A DNA stretch of 64,000 bases from an uncultured Acidobacteriota bacterium (GTDB taxonomy: Bacteria; Actinomycetota; Acidimicrobiia; Spongiisociales; ZC4RG35). The stretch covers positions 183,807 to 247,806 of the forward strand of contig CAVRWT010000003.1 of NCBI GenBank assembly GCA_963724825.1, read 5' to 3'. The position numbers were made by a program, and so were the translations under genes. The notes beneath the pieces are model-generated. The model was not told the DNA's origin. It worked only from the letters and a program-made list of their open reading frames with translations, and did no database searches. Every line of letters begins with the position of its first letter. Positions within the stretch are counted from its first letter, which is position 1. Positions 52,080 to 62,882 of the stretch are shown piece by piece.

Positions 52080-52289
52080 CACATTGGCTCCTTCTCCGCT
52101 CCGGACCGAGGCCTCCCATACACATGCACTCCCATGGGCCCGCACCGGCACGCCGGACTCGGTCAAACCGAACCATAACTGGGATTTCGGACATCGTGAC
52201 ATACCCGCAATCGCAAGCCGGTAACCCAGATCTGGGTCTGTTGGTCGAACCACCTCGGAGTTAGCATTTTCCGGGAACTGGGAGGTTTC

Positions 52290-52957
52290 ATGGCGGAGGG
52301 CACCACTGAGCGTGGTCACATGGCTGTTCTGAGCCGTCTCGTGTTCCGGGTGTTGCTCCCGGTCACCGCGGTGTTCGTCCTTGTCATGGGCGTCGCCTAC
52401 ACCAGCGACGTGCCGGTGACCGACCTGCTTCGCGACCCCAGCGCCACTCTCGAGGGCCCCTGGTACATCGGGCTGGTCTCGATCGCCGGGGTTGCCCTGT
52501 GGGCGGCTGCGGCGGCGATCTGCATGATCTGTATGAGTGCAAACCCGACTCCCGGCGAGCGCTCGCTTCTCTTCGCCGGCGCGGTCACCAGCGTGATTCT
52601 CGGTGCCGACGACGCTTTCCTCGGGCATGAGGCCATCAAGAACATCATCGGCATCCCCTCGCCGATCACCATCGGCGATCTACGGGATCATCACCATTGT
52701 CCTGTTCTGGCGGGCCTGGCCCTATCTGAGAACCAGGCCGGATCTCGTGGTATTCGGGATGGCAGTTGCTCCTTTTCGGGATATCTGTGGTGCTTGACGC
52801 CGCTGGTGAAGCCGATCTGCCAACACCTCCCTACTCGGCAGTGATCGAGGACACGGCGAAGTTCCTCGGTCTGGTCACCTGGGTCACCTTCTTCGCCGGT
52901 GTCGGCAGAGATTTGATCCGGGGAGGGGAACAAGCTGATCGCTACGCGGCCGCTTGA
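52290..52957 (+). pseudogene. Hypothetical polytopic membrane protein, two frameshifts
   Basis: Hydrophobic segments continue across ORFs 52290..52844, 52603..52797 and 52766..52957. Confidence 0.35.
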
Positions 52958-53031
52958 GCTTCGCTCTCAGTCACCGACGACCACATCGCTGAACCGAAGG
53001 CGTAGGGTGGCTGCTCTCAACACCATAGGAG

Positions 53032-53810
53032 GTGACTATGAGACGAGCAGCCCTGATCATCTCGGTCTTCGCTGTGCTATTGGCGATGACGGCGGCGGGA
53101 GCAGTCGTCGCCGGCTTCCCCGACGTTCCCGACGACCACGTCCATGCCAACGGCATCGAGTGGGCTGCCGAGAACGGGTTGATGGTCGGATACAACAACG
53201 GCAACTTCGGGCCTGACGACCCGGTAACCCGAGGCCAGTTGTCCACCATCTTCCTCCGTTACGACAACACGCTCGATGACTCGGGCAGCGGTGGTGGAAC
53301 CCAGGGACCTCCTGGGCCGGAGCTCCCGGAGCACCCGGAGCACCCGGCGACGACGCCCAGGTGACGGCGCAGGTCGGAATCGGTGTCATTCCGCTGCTCG
53401 ACGGGCTCACAGTCGGAGGCCCGATCGCGGACCAATCACACCCCACTCCCGGGCGCGACGCTTGTCGCTCGCACGCCGGTGACTACATGATCGAGGTGTA
53501 CGGCGCATTTCAGATCCCCGGGGACGGCGCAGCCCGTGGAATGTGACCTCTTCGGAGTGGGAGTAGTGGTGTGGCCTCAGCTCACGTTCTGGATCGACGG
53601 CACTGACGGACAGTCGACGGCCCTACGACAGTGGTGAGGGACTCATCTCCCCCAACGTCCTGATGCCCGACTGCAACGACAGACACGCCAATGTGTCGGG
53701 TGAGATAGTGATCAGCCTCGACGCAACGACCAGTGTCGGCTTGATCGCCTTTGGCTACCCGAGCGACGATCGGTGCGCACTGCAGGGGACGGGATGATCC
53801 AAGGCGGCGG
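53032..53810 (+). pseudogene. Canonical SLH-domain protein with collagen-like G-A-P repeat and small C-terminal domain; several frameshifts
   Basis: Signal peptide, then SLH 'FPDVPDDHVHANGIEWAAENGLMVGYNNGNFGPDDPVTRGQLSTIFLRY'. '(GAP)3GDDAQ' appears in a shifted frame. Coding-like segments continue in three frames to about 53810. Confidence 0.45.
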
Positions 53811-54054
53811 CGGGCTCATCGCCTCACCGCTCGGATCGCTCACCTTGGTGGCGCTGCGCGATACCTTCGCCTTCGAGGGCGAAGGCGGCGAGCTGACAAA
53901 TCGACAGGAATCTTCACCTCCCTTCGTTCGGGAGGTGAAGATTCCTGCGCAAGACCCCACCTGCGCAAGGTCTCCATCCGTCGACCACGCGTCGCCTGAG
54001 GGAACCCATCCTTCCCTGGAAAACGTCCAACGGGGAGAATGAGGAGATGACCTG

Positions 54055-55582
54055 TTGGTCTTGCGCCGACTGAACGCAATCGTTGTTGCATTCTTCGTCG
54101 CTTTTGGCGTCCTGATTCAGGGCGCCCTCCCCGCTCATGGCTGTAGTTGTGCGCCACCCAACCCCTACGCCGGTCTCGCCCAGGCCGATGGGGCCTTCGT
54201 CGGCACCCTCGTGGATGTCGATCGAGGCGTGCTACCGCTCACCGACTCGGGTCAGCTCATCGACTTCTACTTCGAGGTCGAGGCCGCCCTGAAGGGCGAC
54301 ATCGGCGAGACCGTTCTGGTCAAGAGTGCGTCAGATGGCGCCGCCTGTGGAATCGAGGTCCCGATCGGTACCCGGGCCGGGTTCCTTCTCTACCAATCGG
54401 ACGGCCACTGGGAAGGAAACCTCTGCGCCACCCTCGACGCCGACGCCCTGCTCTCCGCCGCCCAAGGGCTGCCTGAGCCCGTGGCCGGCTCACCTCCCCA
54501 CCTGATCGTCGCTGCCGAGATGGGAATGGCCGGCCTGGTCGCCATGGATCGCCAGGGCCGGATCGTTGGATATGGCGAAGGCCCCTTTCCCTACATGGTG
54601 AGCTCCTGCCCGGACGACGAGACCTTCATCGGTTCGGCATCGGACCCAACGGTGAAGGTCTGGTCTTACACCGATCTCGGCCTGATCGACCAGCACCTGA
54701 TCGACCCCAGTGGCACCGCCTGGATCAACGAGTTGATCTGCACCGGTCCCGCCGGTGAGTCCTTCCTGGCGACCAAGGGCCTCACCGGTGTCGAGGGAAG
54801 CTCTCTGGTCCGTTACGCAGACGGGCACAGCCGAGGTCGTTGCCGAAGACATCGAACGACTCGTTCCAACCACGGATGGCCCTGTGGCGGTGGGGAGCGA
54901 TGGCGTCATCTATCGAGTCGACGAGACGACTGGGAAGCTCACCCCTCTGAATGAGCCGGTTGGGGATGTCAAAGGCCAGGTCGTTGCCGCTGTCCCCTCC
55001 CCCGATGGATCGCATCTCGCCCTTTCAGCGATGGACTACGACACCAACCCCTACGAGGGTCGGGTCTACGTGATCGACCTCGAGGACGGAGAGAGTGTCG
55101 AAAGAGACTTCGCGTGCGACATCTATCCCATATGGCTCGACAGTGAGACGCTTCTCATCCAGGACCACTGCACCACTGAGGTCGGTGTCACCTACACCAC
55201 CGAGCTGGAAGTGGTTGGTGAGGGCCAAGCTCCCGACTACGCCTACACCGCATACGTCACCGACGAAACCGGCGCCCTCTTCTACCCGAGTGAGTTCGCG
55301 ATCCGAGTTGTCGATCCTGGCACCGAGGAATCGACCGAGCTGGCCCGCCTCGTCACCTATCCGGGAGCGATCCTGGTGGTTCCGGAGTCGGTTCGCCCCA
55401 AATGGGAAGGCTCGGCGTTCACCGCCTCGGTCCAATACCCACCAACGACCTTCATGGAAGCCCCCGCGCCAGGGGTTCCCGGGCCCGAGGCGGTTGCCTC
55501 GGAATCACCGGCCTGGCTTCTGCTTTTGGCACTGATTTCAGCCGGTGGGGTGTTCTGGCTCCTGTTGCATCAGCGTTCTTAG
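54055..55582 (+). pseudogene. Secreted protein with C-terminal TM anchor (beta-propeller-like), one frameshift near 54830
   Basis: Signal 'IVVAFFVAFGVLIQGALPAHGCSC' (ORF 54055..54954). The continuation 'TAEVVAEDIERLVPTTDGPVAVGSDGVIYRV...' with C-terminal 'AWLLLLALISAGGVFWLLL' is ORF 54755..55582. Confidence 0.45.
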
Positions 55583-55633
55583 CCCACCTGAGCAACAGCC
55601 GGGTCAAACCTCAACAATCGCCTGGGGAAACGG

Positions 55634-55697
55634 TTGACAAGTAGGTCGCTAGGCCTATTTACCTCTTGTGGATAAACGGTCGATACCCCTGTTGACA
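55634..55697 (+). promoter_or_regulatory. Two TTGACA -35-like hexamers (55634-55639, 55692-55697) upstream of the sigma factor gene
   Basis: Seen directly in the sequence. The -10 elements are not convincing. Confidence 0.25.
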
Positions 55698-55750
55698 ATC
55701 CCCAGGACTGACCACATCTGTTCCTACGCTGGCTGGAGGCTCGAAGGACC

Positions 55751-56679
<929 letters not shown>

Positions 56680-56683
<4 letters not shown>

Positions 56684-56994
56684 GCGGTCTTAACCAGCTC
56701 CCAGAGCTCCTTCAGGTCGGCCTCGATCGGTAGCGTCGAGTCGATTCGTGAGGGGCGACCCCGTCCCCGCCGTCTGTAGAACGGCTGTCCGTCCCAGAAG
56801 ATGACACCGCCCCAAACTCCCCACTCGTGACGTTCACTGAGGGCGAGCTCGAGGCACTGCACCTTCACCGCACAGCCATCACAGATGCGCTGCGCTTCGG
56901 CGAGGTCCGATGGACGCTCGGAGAAGAAGAGCTCATTGAGCCCTTCCTCACTACATCGTCCGTGGTCGTGTAGCTCTTTGAGTTGTGTGTTCAT
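56680..56994 (-). CDS. WhiB-family (Wbl) Fe-S transcriptional regulator
   Basis: Four Cys ('C...CDGC...C') with 'ELFFSE', 'GVWGG' and a basic C-terminal tail 'RRRGRGRP'; 104 aa. Confidence 0.85.
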
Positions 56995-57303
56995 GTCGAG
57001 TCCTTGTCGTGTTGTTGGTTTCGGGAAAAGAAAAACCGCCGGATTTCGCCGGCGGCCTCACAACAGACTGTTTGCTGGTGTCACATCATGTGACGAGAGG
57101 TCGCCGGTTTGGCTGATCGCCGAGGGCAGCGGGCGCGGGCGCGCCAAAAAGGGCTGCGATTCCGTTTGGATTCATAGTCCGCTGCTTCATTGTTGGTGAC
57201 CTCATTGCTCGACCGGGCCAGATTGCCGTCTCAGCGGCGTTTCGTCAAGGCAATTACGGCGATTCTTCTCGTGACGTTCCCGTAACCCCGGTCGACGTAG
57301 CTT

Positions 57304-58464
57304 GTGACGGTGGAAACGACTCGGTGGTGGTCCCGGACCTGGGTGTGGTGGCTCGCCCTCACTGTCGCCGTGATCGTCGGAATCGGGGCTCTGGCCCTCG
57401 CTATTGCCAACAGCTACGTGGTGGTCGCCTATCTGGTGGCCTCGGCGGTATGGGCTCCACTCGGGCTCCTGGTCTGGCGACGTCGCCCGGAACACCCAAT
57501 CGGGCCCCTGATGTATCTGGTCGGGCTTCTGAACATGTCGGTGATCCCGGGCTTCGTCATGGGGGCCCTGTTGGCCCAGTTCGAAGCGACGATCCCCCAA
57601 ATCCCTTGGGCGATGCTGGTGACTGCGGCGTTGAGCGGCGCTTATAGCTACGTGTTTCTGCTCCCCATCCTGCTCTTTCCCGAGGGCAGGCCCACCACCG
57701 GGTTCCAGCGAGGACTGACCTGGGCGATCCTCGCTGGCAGGCCCTGGTCGCGACAGCTGTCAGGGCTTCTGGCCGAACCACTGGGCCCGGTGACACATCC
57801 CTTTGCCTCACCGGCCGTGGCGGACACGGCCCGGTCGGTCTACGACGCCATGACCCAGGCCTACGGATTTGCCCTGGTCGCTGTGATCGTCCTCAAGGTT
57901 GTCCAGTACCGGCGAAGCGAATCCCTGAAACGGACCCAGCTCAAATGGCTGATGTACGTCCTCAGTGTCTACCTGGTGTCCACAGTCATCGCCTTCGGAG
58001 TAGTCGGTGTCCAGAACTTCGAGGCCAACGGCCTGGTGGTGGACGCCATCTTCGTCGCGCTGATCCCGACCGCCATGGCCGTGGCCATTCTCCGTTACCG
58101 ACTGTATGAGATCGATCGTCTGGTGTCGCGGACAGTGACCTATGCCCTGGTCGCCGTGGTCGTGGCTGCCATCTTTGCGATCCCCGTGATCCTCATCCCT
58201 TCGTTGATGGGGCAGACCAGTGACGTCGTGGTTGCAGGCGCCACGCTGCTCGCGGCCGCCGCATTCACACCGATTCGCAACCGCATCCAGACCCGCGTCG
58301 ACCGGCGCTTCAACCGAGCCCGATATGACACGGCCCGCGAAATCGATGACCTGGCCCGCAGGCTGAACGAGACGCCGGACGCCGAGGCACCGGTCGAGGA
58401 GACGATCGACCTGGTCAGTCGAACCCTGCAACCGGCCACGATCGGCTTCTGGGCGAAAGGTTGA
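57304..58464 (+). CDS. Polytopic membrane protein (sensor-kinase-like membrane domain, no kinase domain)
   Basis: About 8 TM helices, then a charged tail 'RVDRRFNRARYDTAREIDDLARRLN'. Confidence 0.45.
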   Translation: MTVETTRWWSRTWVWWLALTVAVIVGIGALALAIANSYVVVAYLVASAVWAPLGLLVWRRRPEHPIGPLMYLVGLLNMSVIPGFVMGALLAQFEATIPQIPWAMLVTAALSGAYSYVFLLPILLFPEGRPTTGFQRGLTWAILAGRPWSRQLSGLLAEPLGPVTHPFASPAVADTARSVYDAMTQAYGFALVAVIVLKVVQYRRSESLKRTQLKWLMYVLSVYLVSTVIAFGVVGVQNFEANGLVVDAIFVALIPTAMAVAILRYRLYEIDRLVSRTVTYALVAVVVAAIFAIPVILIPSLMGQTSDVVVAGATLLAAAAFTPIRNRIQTRVDRRFNRARYDTAREIDDLARRLNETPDAEAPVEETIDLVSRTLQPATIGFWAKG

Positions 58465-59063
58465 GCTCGACCCTCGACCTGTGGGACTACCGGCGCCGGG
58501 TCCACGCCATCTACCGACGGGTGCGGGAGGGCGAAGGCGAAGAGGCGTGGCAGGAATGGCGGCGAGCTCGCGATGCGCTGTTCTCTGAACACCCTCAGTC
58601 CCCGATCGAAGACCGCACCGCCTTCCGGGGGCTCGACTATTTCGACTACGACCCGGAATGGCGAACCCACGCCGCCTTCACACCGGTGGAAAACGAATCG
58701 ACGCTGATCAACACATCTGACGACGGCACCGCCCGCTTCGTGAAAACCGGGACCCTCCAATTCGAGGTGAAGGGCAACCTTGCCTCGCTCGATGTCCTCT
58801 GGCTCGACGCTTACGGAGGCGGGGTGTTTCTCCCGTTCCGGGACACCACCAGCGGTGTTTCCACCTATGGCGGGGGCCGTTACCTGCTCGACACCGTCAA
58901 GGGAGCCGACCTCGGCCACACCGGCGAGGAGGTCGTCCTCGACTTCAACTACTCGTACCACCCGTCCTGTGTCCACTCACCGCGCTGGGCTTGTCCTCTG
59001 GCTCCGCCCGCCAACCATCTCGGGTTCGCCGTGGAGGCCGGCGAACGCCTCTCCACCGGCTAG
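58461..59063 (+). CDS. DUF1684 domain protein
   Basis: 200 aa with 'FRGLDYFDYDPEWR...' and a C-terminal 'HPSCVHSPRWACPL' Cys/His cluster typical of DUF1684. Confidence 0.6.
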   Translation: MSSTLDLWDYRRRVHAIYRRVREGEGEEAWQEWRRARDALFSEHPQSPIEDRTAFRGLDYFDYDPEWRTHAAFTPVENESTLINTSDDGTARFVKTGTLQFEVKGNLASLDVLWLDAYGGGVFLPFRDTTSGVSTYGGGRYLLDTVKGADLGHTGEEVVLDFNYSYHPSCVHSPRWACPLAPPANHLGFAVEAGERLSTG

Positions 59064-59093
59064 CTCAACATGAGGGTCACGTAAGGTAGGGCC

Positions 59094-59555
59094 GTGTTCA
59101 GATTCATTTTCAAGACGATTCGTCTCGCGTTCTTCACCATGTTGGGGACCGCTGCGGTCGCCAAGTTCATGCTGAAATCCAACGCCGGTCAGGAGACCCA
59201 GGAAATCGACCTGGTCACGATCTTCGCCGGCGACAACCTCATCTCCTCAGCCAATCCGTTCTACGGCGGGAAGATCCTGACCCTCTACGGAGGCACCGTC
59301 CTCGACCTGCGCAAGGCGACCCCGGCGCCGACGGGCATCTATCTCGACGCCCTGGTGTGGATGGGCGGGGTGGATCTGGTTGTCCCCGAAGGTTGGAGGG
59401 TCGAGTTCACCGGCAAGGTGATCTTCGGCGGTTTCACCGACGCCACGAGGACCACTGCGGATCCCGATGCGCCCACGGTCCGGATCGGTGGCTTGATCCT
59501 CTTCGGTGGCCTCCGGGCGACCACCAGGTCACCTCTGGAAGTGGTGACCGCTTGA
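59094..59555 (+). CDS. Hypothetical protein with N-terminal TM anchor (LiaF-like C-terminal beta-rich domain?)
   Basis: 153 aa: hydrophobic N-terminus, then a Gly-rich beta-strand-like domain. Lies near the PspC/LiaS-like system. Confidence 0.3.
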   Translation: MFRFIFKTIRLAFFTMLGTAAVAKFMLKSNAGQETQEIDLVTIFAGDNLISSANPFYGGKILTLYGGTVLDLRKATPAPTGIYLDALVWMGGVDLVVPEGWRVEFTGKVIFGGFTDATRTTADPDAPTVRIGGLILFGGLRATTRSPLEVVTA

Positions 59556-60820
59556 CCACGACCCGGATCGAAGCCAAACGCCTGATCCCGGGTCGCGGCG
59601 AGCCGATCGCCGACGCCGTGGTCCTCCTCGAGGACGGGGTCATCAAGTTTGCCGGAGCCGCCTCCGATGCCCCCGCCGGGGAGGGGACGGACACGGTGAC
59701 TACTGACACCGTGATGCCAGGCATGTGGGAGTGCCATGGGCATTTCATCGGCGGCTACACCGCAAACATCGCCGAGATACACACCCTCCGACCGCAGTTG
59801 GGGGCGATGCGGGTCACCGCCGATGCCAGACGGGTCCTCGACGCCGGGTTCACCTCGGTCCGGGAGATGGGCGGCATGGGGACCTTCCTCGGGCGCGCCA
59901 TCGAGGAGGGCCAGGTGGTGGGGCCGAATGTCTACGCCAGCGGAGGGATGCTCTCGATGACCGGCGGGCACGGTGACGAGCACGGGATGGATCTCGACGC
60001 CTCCCGGGCTTCGACCGCCCGCCAGTGGGGCGAGGACAACATCTGCGACGGCCCCGATGAATGCCGGGCCGGCGTGCGCCGCATGCTCCGGCTTGGCGCC
60101 AAGGTCATCAAGATCCATGCCTCCGGCGGGGTGATGAGCGAGTTGGACGACCCGCTGCTCCCCCAGTTCTCCAAGGCCGAATTGGAGGCAATCGTCGACG
60201 AGGCGACCCGGATGGAGCGTCTGGTTGGAGCCCACTGCCACGGGAAGCGAGGGATCATGGCCGCCCTCGAGGCAGGGGTGAAGACCATCGAGCACGGCAC
60301 CTATCTCGACGAGGAGGCGGCCGACGCCATGATCGAGAACGAGGCGATCCTGGTGCCCACCAGATGGATCGTCGAGTACCTGATGGCAGAGGGCGAGAAG
60401 AACGGGATGCCCGAGTACGCCAAGGTCAAGGGCGAGGTCGCCTCCCAGCACCATGCCGGTGCAGTGGCAACGGCCGTGGACAAAGGGGTGAAGATCGCAT
60501 TGGGCACCGACATCTGGGCCACCGGTCTCTGGGGAAGAAATGCCGAAGAGCTTGCCTATCTGGTGCAGGCCGGCCTCACCCCGCTCCAGGCGATCGAGTC
60601 CGCCACCGCCAATGGGCCGGACACCCTGGGCCCTCAGGCCCCGAAGAGCGGTCAGCTGGTCGAAGGATTCGACGCCGACGTGATCTGTGTCAAGGGCGAC
60701 CCGACGGCGGATGTGACCGTGCTGGCCAAGCCGGAGAACATCACACACGTGTTCAAGGGTGGAGTCGGTAAGCTACAAGGGGTAGCTCCGGCGGCCGGCG
60801 TCTGTTCGCCCGAGGTGTGA
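59552..60820 (+). CDS. Amidohydrolase family metal-dependent hydrolase
   Basis: TTG start 'MTTTRIEAKRL'. His-x-His metal-site motif 'GMWECHGHF'. 'IKIHASGG', 'GAHCHG' and 'LGTD' are present. Confidence 0.75.
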   Translation: MTTTRIEAKRLIPGRGEPIADAVVLLEDGVIKFAGAASDAPAGEGTDTVTTDTVMPGMWECHGHFIGGYTANIAEIHTLRPQLGAMRVTADARRVLDAGFTSVREMGGMGTFLGRAIEEGQVVGPNVYASGGMLSMTGGHGDEHGMDLDASRASTARQWGEDNICDGPDECRAGVRRMLRLGAKVIKIHASGGVMSELDDPLLPQFSKAELEAIVDEATRMERLVGAHCHGKRGIMAALEAGVKTIEHGTYLDEEAADAMIENEAILVPTRWIVEYLMAEGEKNGMPEYAKVKGEVASQHHAGAVATAVDKGVKIALGTDIWATGLWGRNAEELAYLVQAGLTPLQAIESATANGPDTLGPQAPKSGQLVEGFDADVICVKGDPTADVTVLAKPENITHVFKGGVGKLQGVAPAAGVCSPEV

Positions 60821-60973
60821 AGTAGCCAGAGTGCCCCTCCGTCTCGGCCTCGGCCGATCCACCTCCCCCAATGTCGCTTCGCTCCTGGGGGAGGAAACAT
60901 TTCCCCCAGCGAACGAAGTGAGCGTGGAGTACCGGCGGAGCCGGGGAGGGGGGAACGTCCGCCGGCAATTGGA

Positions 60974-61609
60974 TCAGACAATCCTCCTCTTGCTTGCCCA
61001 CCTCGCCAGTTCGTGGCGATTGGACAGCTGGAGCTTGCGGAGAACCGAAGACACATGTGTCTCCACGGTCTTTACCGAGATGTTGAGCTTGCGCGCCACC
61101 TGTTTGTAGGCAAAGCCCCTGGCGATCAACCGAAGAACATCCTTCTCCCGTGAGGTGAGTTGATCCAGCTCGGGGTCCTCCTCCGAGGGCATGGCGCCAG
61201 CGAAGGCGTCGAGCACGAAACCGGCGAGCCGCGGTGAGAAGACGGCGTCGCCCGAGTCGATCCTCTTGATCGCATCGGCGAGGTCGGCGGGCTCGATGGT
61301 CTTGGTGACGTACCCCCTCGCCCCCGACCGGATCATGGCGATCACGTCCTCTGCCTGATCGGAGACCGAAAGCGCGAGGAACTTGACGTCGGGGTTGGTC
61401 TCGGTGACCCCGTCCACCACTGCGATACCCCCACCGTCAGGCATGTGAACATCCACCAGGACCACCGCAGGATTGAGGCCACGGATCTCCTCGATCGCAG
61501 TGTCGACGTCATAGGCCGAGCCGACGATGTCGAACTCCTCCTCCAGCTCCGCTTTCACGCCGGCGAGGAACAGGCGGTGATCGTCCACGAGATAGACCTT
61601 GATGCTCAT
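60974..61609 (-). CDS. LuxR/NarL-family two-component response regulator
   Basis: Receiver domain 'VYLVDDH...VLVDVHMPDGGG'. HTH 'LTSREKDVLRLIARGFAYKQVARKLNISVKTVETH'. Confidence 0.85.
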   Translation of the reverse strand: MSIKVYLVDDHRLFLAGVKAELEEEFDIVGSAYDVDTAIEEIRGLNPAVVLVDVHMPDGGGIAVVDGVTETNPDVKFLALSVSDQAEDVIAMIRSGARGYVTKTIEPADLADAIKRIDSGDAVFSPRLAGFVLDAFAGAMPSEEDPELDQLTSREKDVLRLIARGFAYKQVARKLNISVKTVETHVSSVLRKLQLSNRHELARWASKRRIV

Positions 61610-62772
61610 TCGGCACTCACCGGCATGCGAAGGATGACCTCGGTTCCCTCTCCGGGATCGCTGTTGATCTCGACCGTTCCCCCCGCTCGTTCCACTCGGG
61701 CCAGTATCGACTGGGCGATGCCCTTTCGATCCTTGGGAACCGCAGTCTTGTCGAAGCCCTTGCCATGGTCGGTCACGAACACCGACATCTGGTCCTCCTC
61801 GGCCTCGAAATAGAGGGAGAGCCGGTCGGCGCCCGAGTGTTTGGCGGCGTTGACCAGCGCCTCGCTGGCGGCGCTGACCAGTGCCCGCGACGGCTCATCG
61901 ACCGGATGGTCCCCAACCGTCACCACATCGATTGGCACCTGATGATCCGACTCGATGCGGGTGGCCGCTCCCTTCAGGGCGGTCGAGACCAGGTCGGCCC
62001 CTTCGAGCGGTGCGTTCCCATAGAGCCAGTCCCGCAACTCGTTCTCTTGATGGCGGGCGAGAATCGTCATGCGAGCCGGGTCGTCCGTGCGCTGGATCAG
62101 GGCCAGTGTCTGCAGGACGGAGTCGTGGAGATGTGCAGCCATTTCGGCCCGTTCCTCCTGGCGGATCCGCTCTCTGCGCTCGGCACCCAGGTCCCGGGCG
62201 AGGCGGTTCACCCAGGGGCCGAAGGCGATCAGGATCCCGAGCAGGGTTAGCCCCACTGCGAGCAACACCGGGCCTACGTCGAGGAGGGGGCCGACGTTGG
62301 TGGAGAGGATCGCCAATCCCCCGATTAGGAGCCCGACTCCGATGAGCAAGCGCCACCGCCCAGGTTGGGTGGCGTTGGGGTCGAAGAACGAAGCGATCGA
62401 GTTCGGCATGTCCCGGCTCGACACTGCGGCCAGCCCGAAGGAGATCGCGGAAACGGTGAGTACCAGGGCATTCGATGGCCACCACCCGAGAAAGCCCAAG
62501 AGCAGCATCAGACCGGTAAATGCAAGACCCAGGCCGATCATCTGGCTGGGCTCGGCGGGGACGGGCTCGACATCATCGACGCGGTCGATCGCCGACAGCC
62601 ACAGCCCGACATAGATCAGGACGCCGAGGCCCCAGACCATGCTCAGGCTGACGAAGGCGGCCCGGACGAAGGCGTCACTGACCCCCAGTCCGTCGGCCAA
62701 TCCACCGGCCACTCCGGCGACCATTCGATCGGTCCGACGGCGGTGGAGCTCGAAGGCCCGTCGTTGACTCAC
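61606..62772 (-). CDS. PspC-domain sensor histidine kinase (HisKA_3/HATPase_c)
   Basis: N-terminal PspC motif 'RMVAGVAGGLADGLGVSDAFVRAAFV'. H-box 'ERIRQEERAEMAAHLHDSVLQTL'. ATPase 'GKGFDK...GIAQSILARVERAGGTVEINSDPGEGTEVILRMP'. Confidence 0.8.
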   Translation of the reverse strand: MSQRRAFELHRRRTDRMVAGVAGGLADGLGVSDAFVRAAFVSLSMVWGLGVLIYVGLWLSAIDRVDDVEPVPAEPSQMIGLGLAFTGLMLLLGFLGWWPSNALVLTVSAISFGLAAVSSRDMPNSIASFFDPNATQPGRWRLLIGVGLLIGGLAILSTNVGPLLDVGPVLLAVGLTLLGILIAFGPWVNRLARDLGAERRERIRQEERAEMAAHLHDSVLQTLALIQRTDDPARMTILARHQENELRDWLYGNAPLEGADLVSTALKGAATRIESDHQVPIDVVTVGDHPVDEPSRALVSAASEALVNAAKHSGADRLSLYFEAEEDQMSVFVTDHGKGFDKTAVPKDRKGIAQSILARVERAGGTVEINSDPGEGTEVILRMPVSAE

Positions 62773-62882
62773 AGGGAGATGATGGCGGGCCTTGCCCCCA
62801 ACCTCAATCGGGGAGAACCCTGAGCAATCAAGGGGTATCTCAGGGTGGTCCCCGATTGCCCCGATTCGTGAAGCCTGGCCAT

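Noticed and set aside
55634-55697. Confident sigma-70 promoter call upstream of the sigma factor gene
   Set aside because: Two TTGACA hexamers exist, but no adequately spaced -10 element, so this is kept only as a low-confidence regulatory feature.
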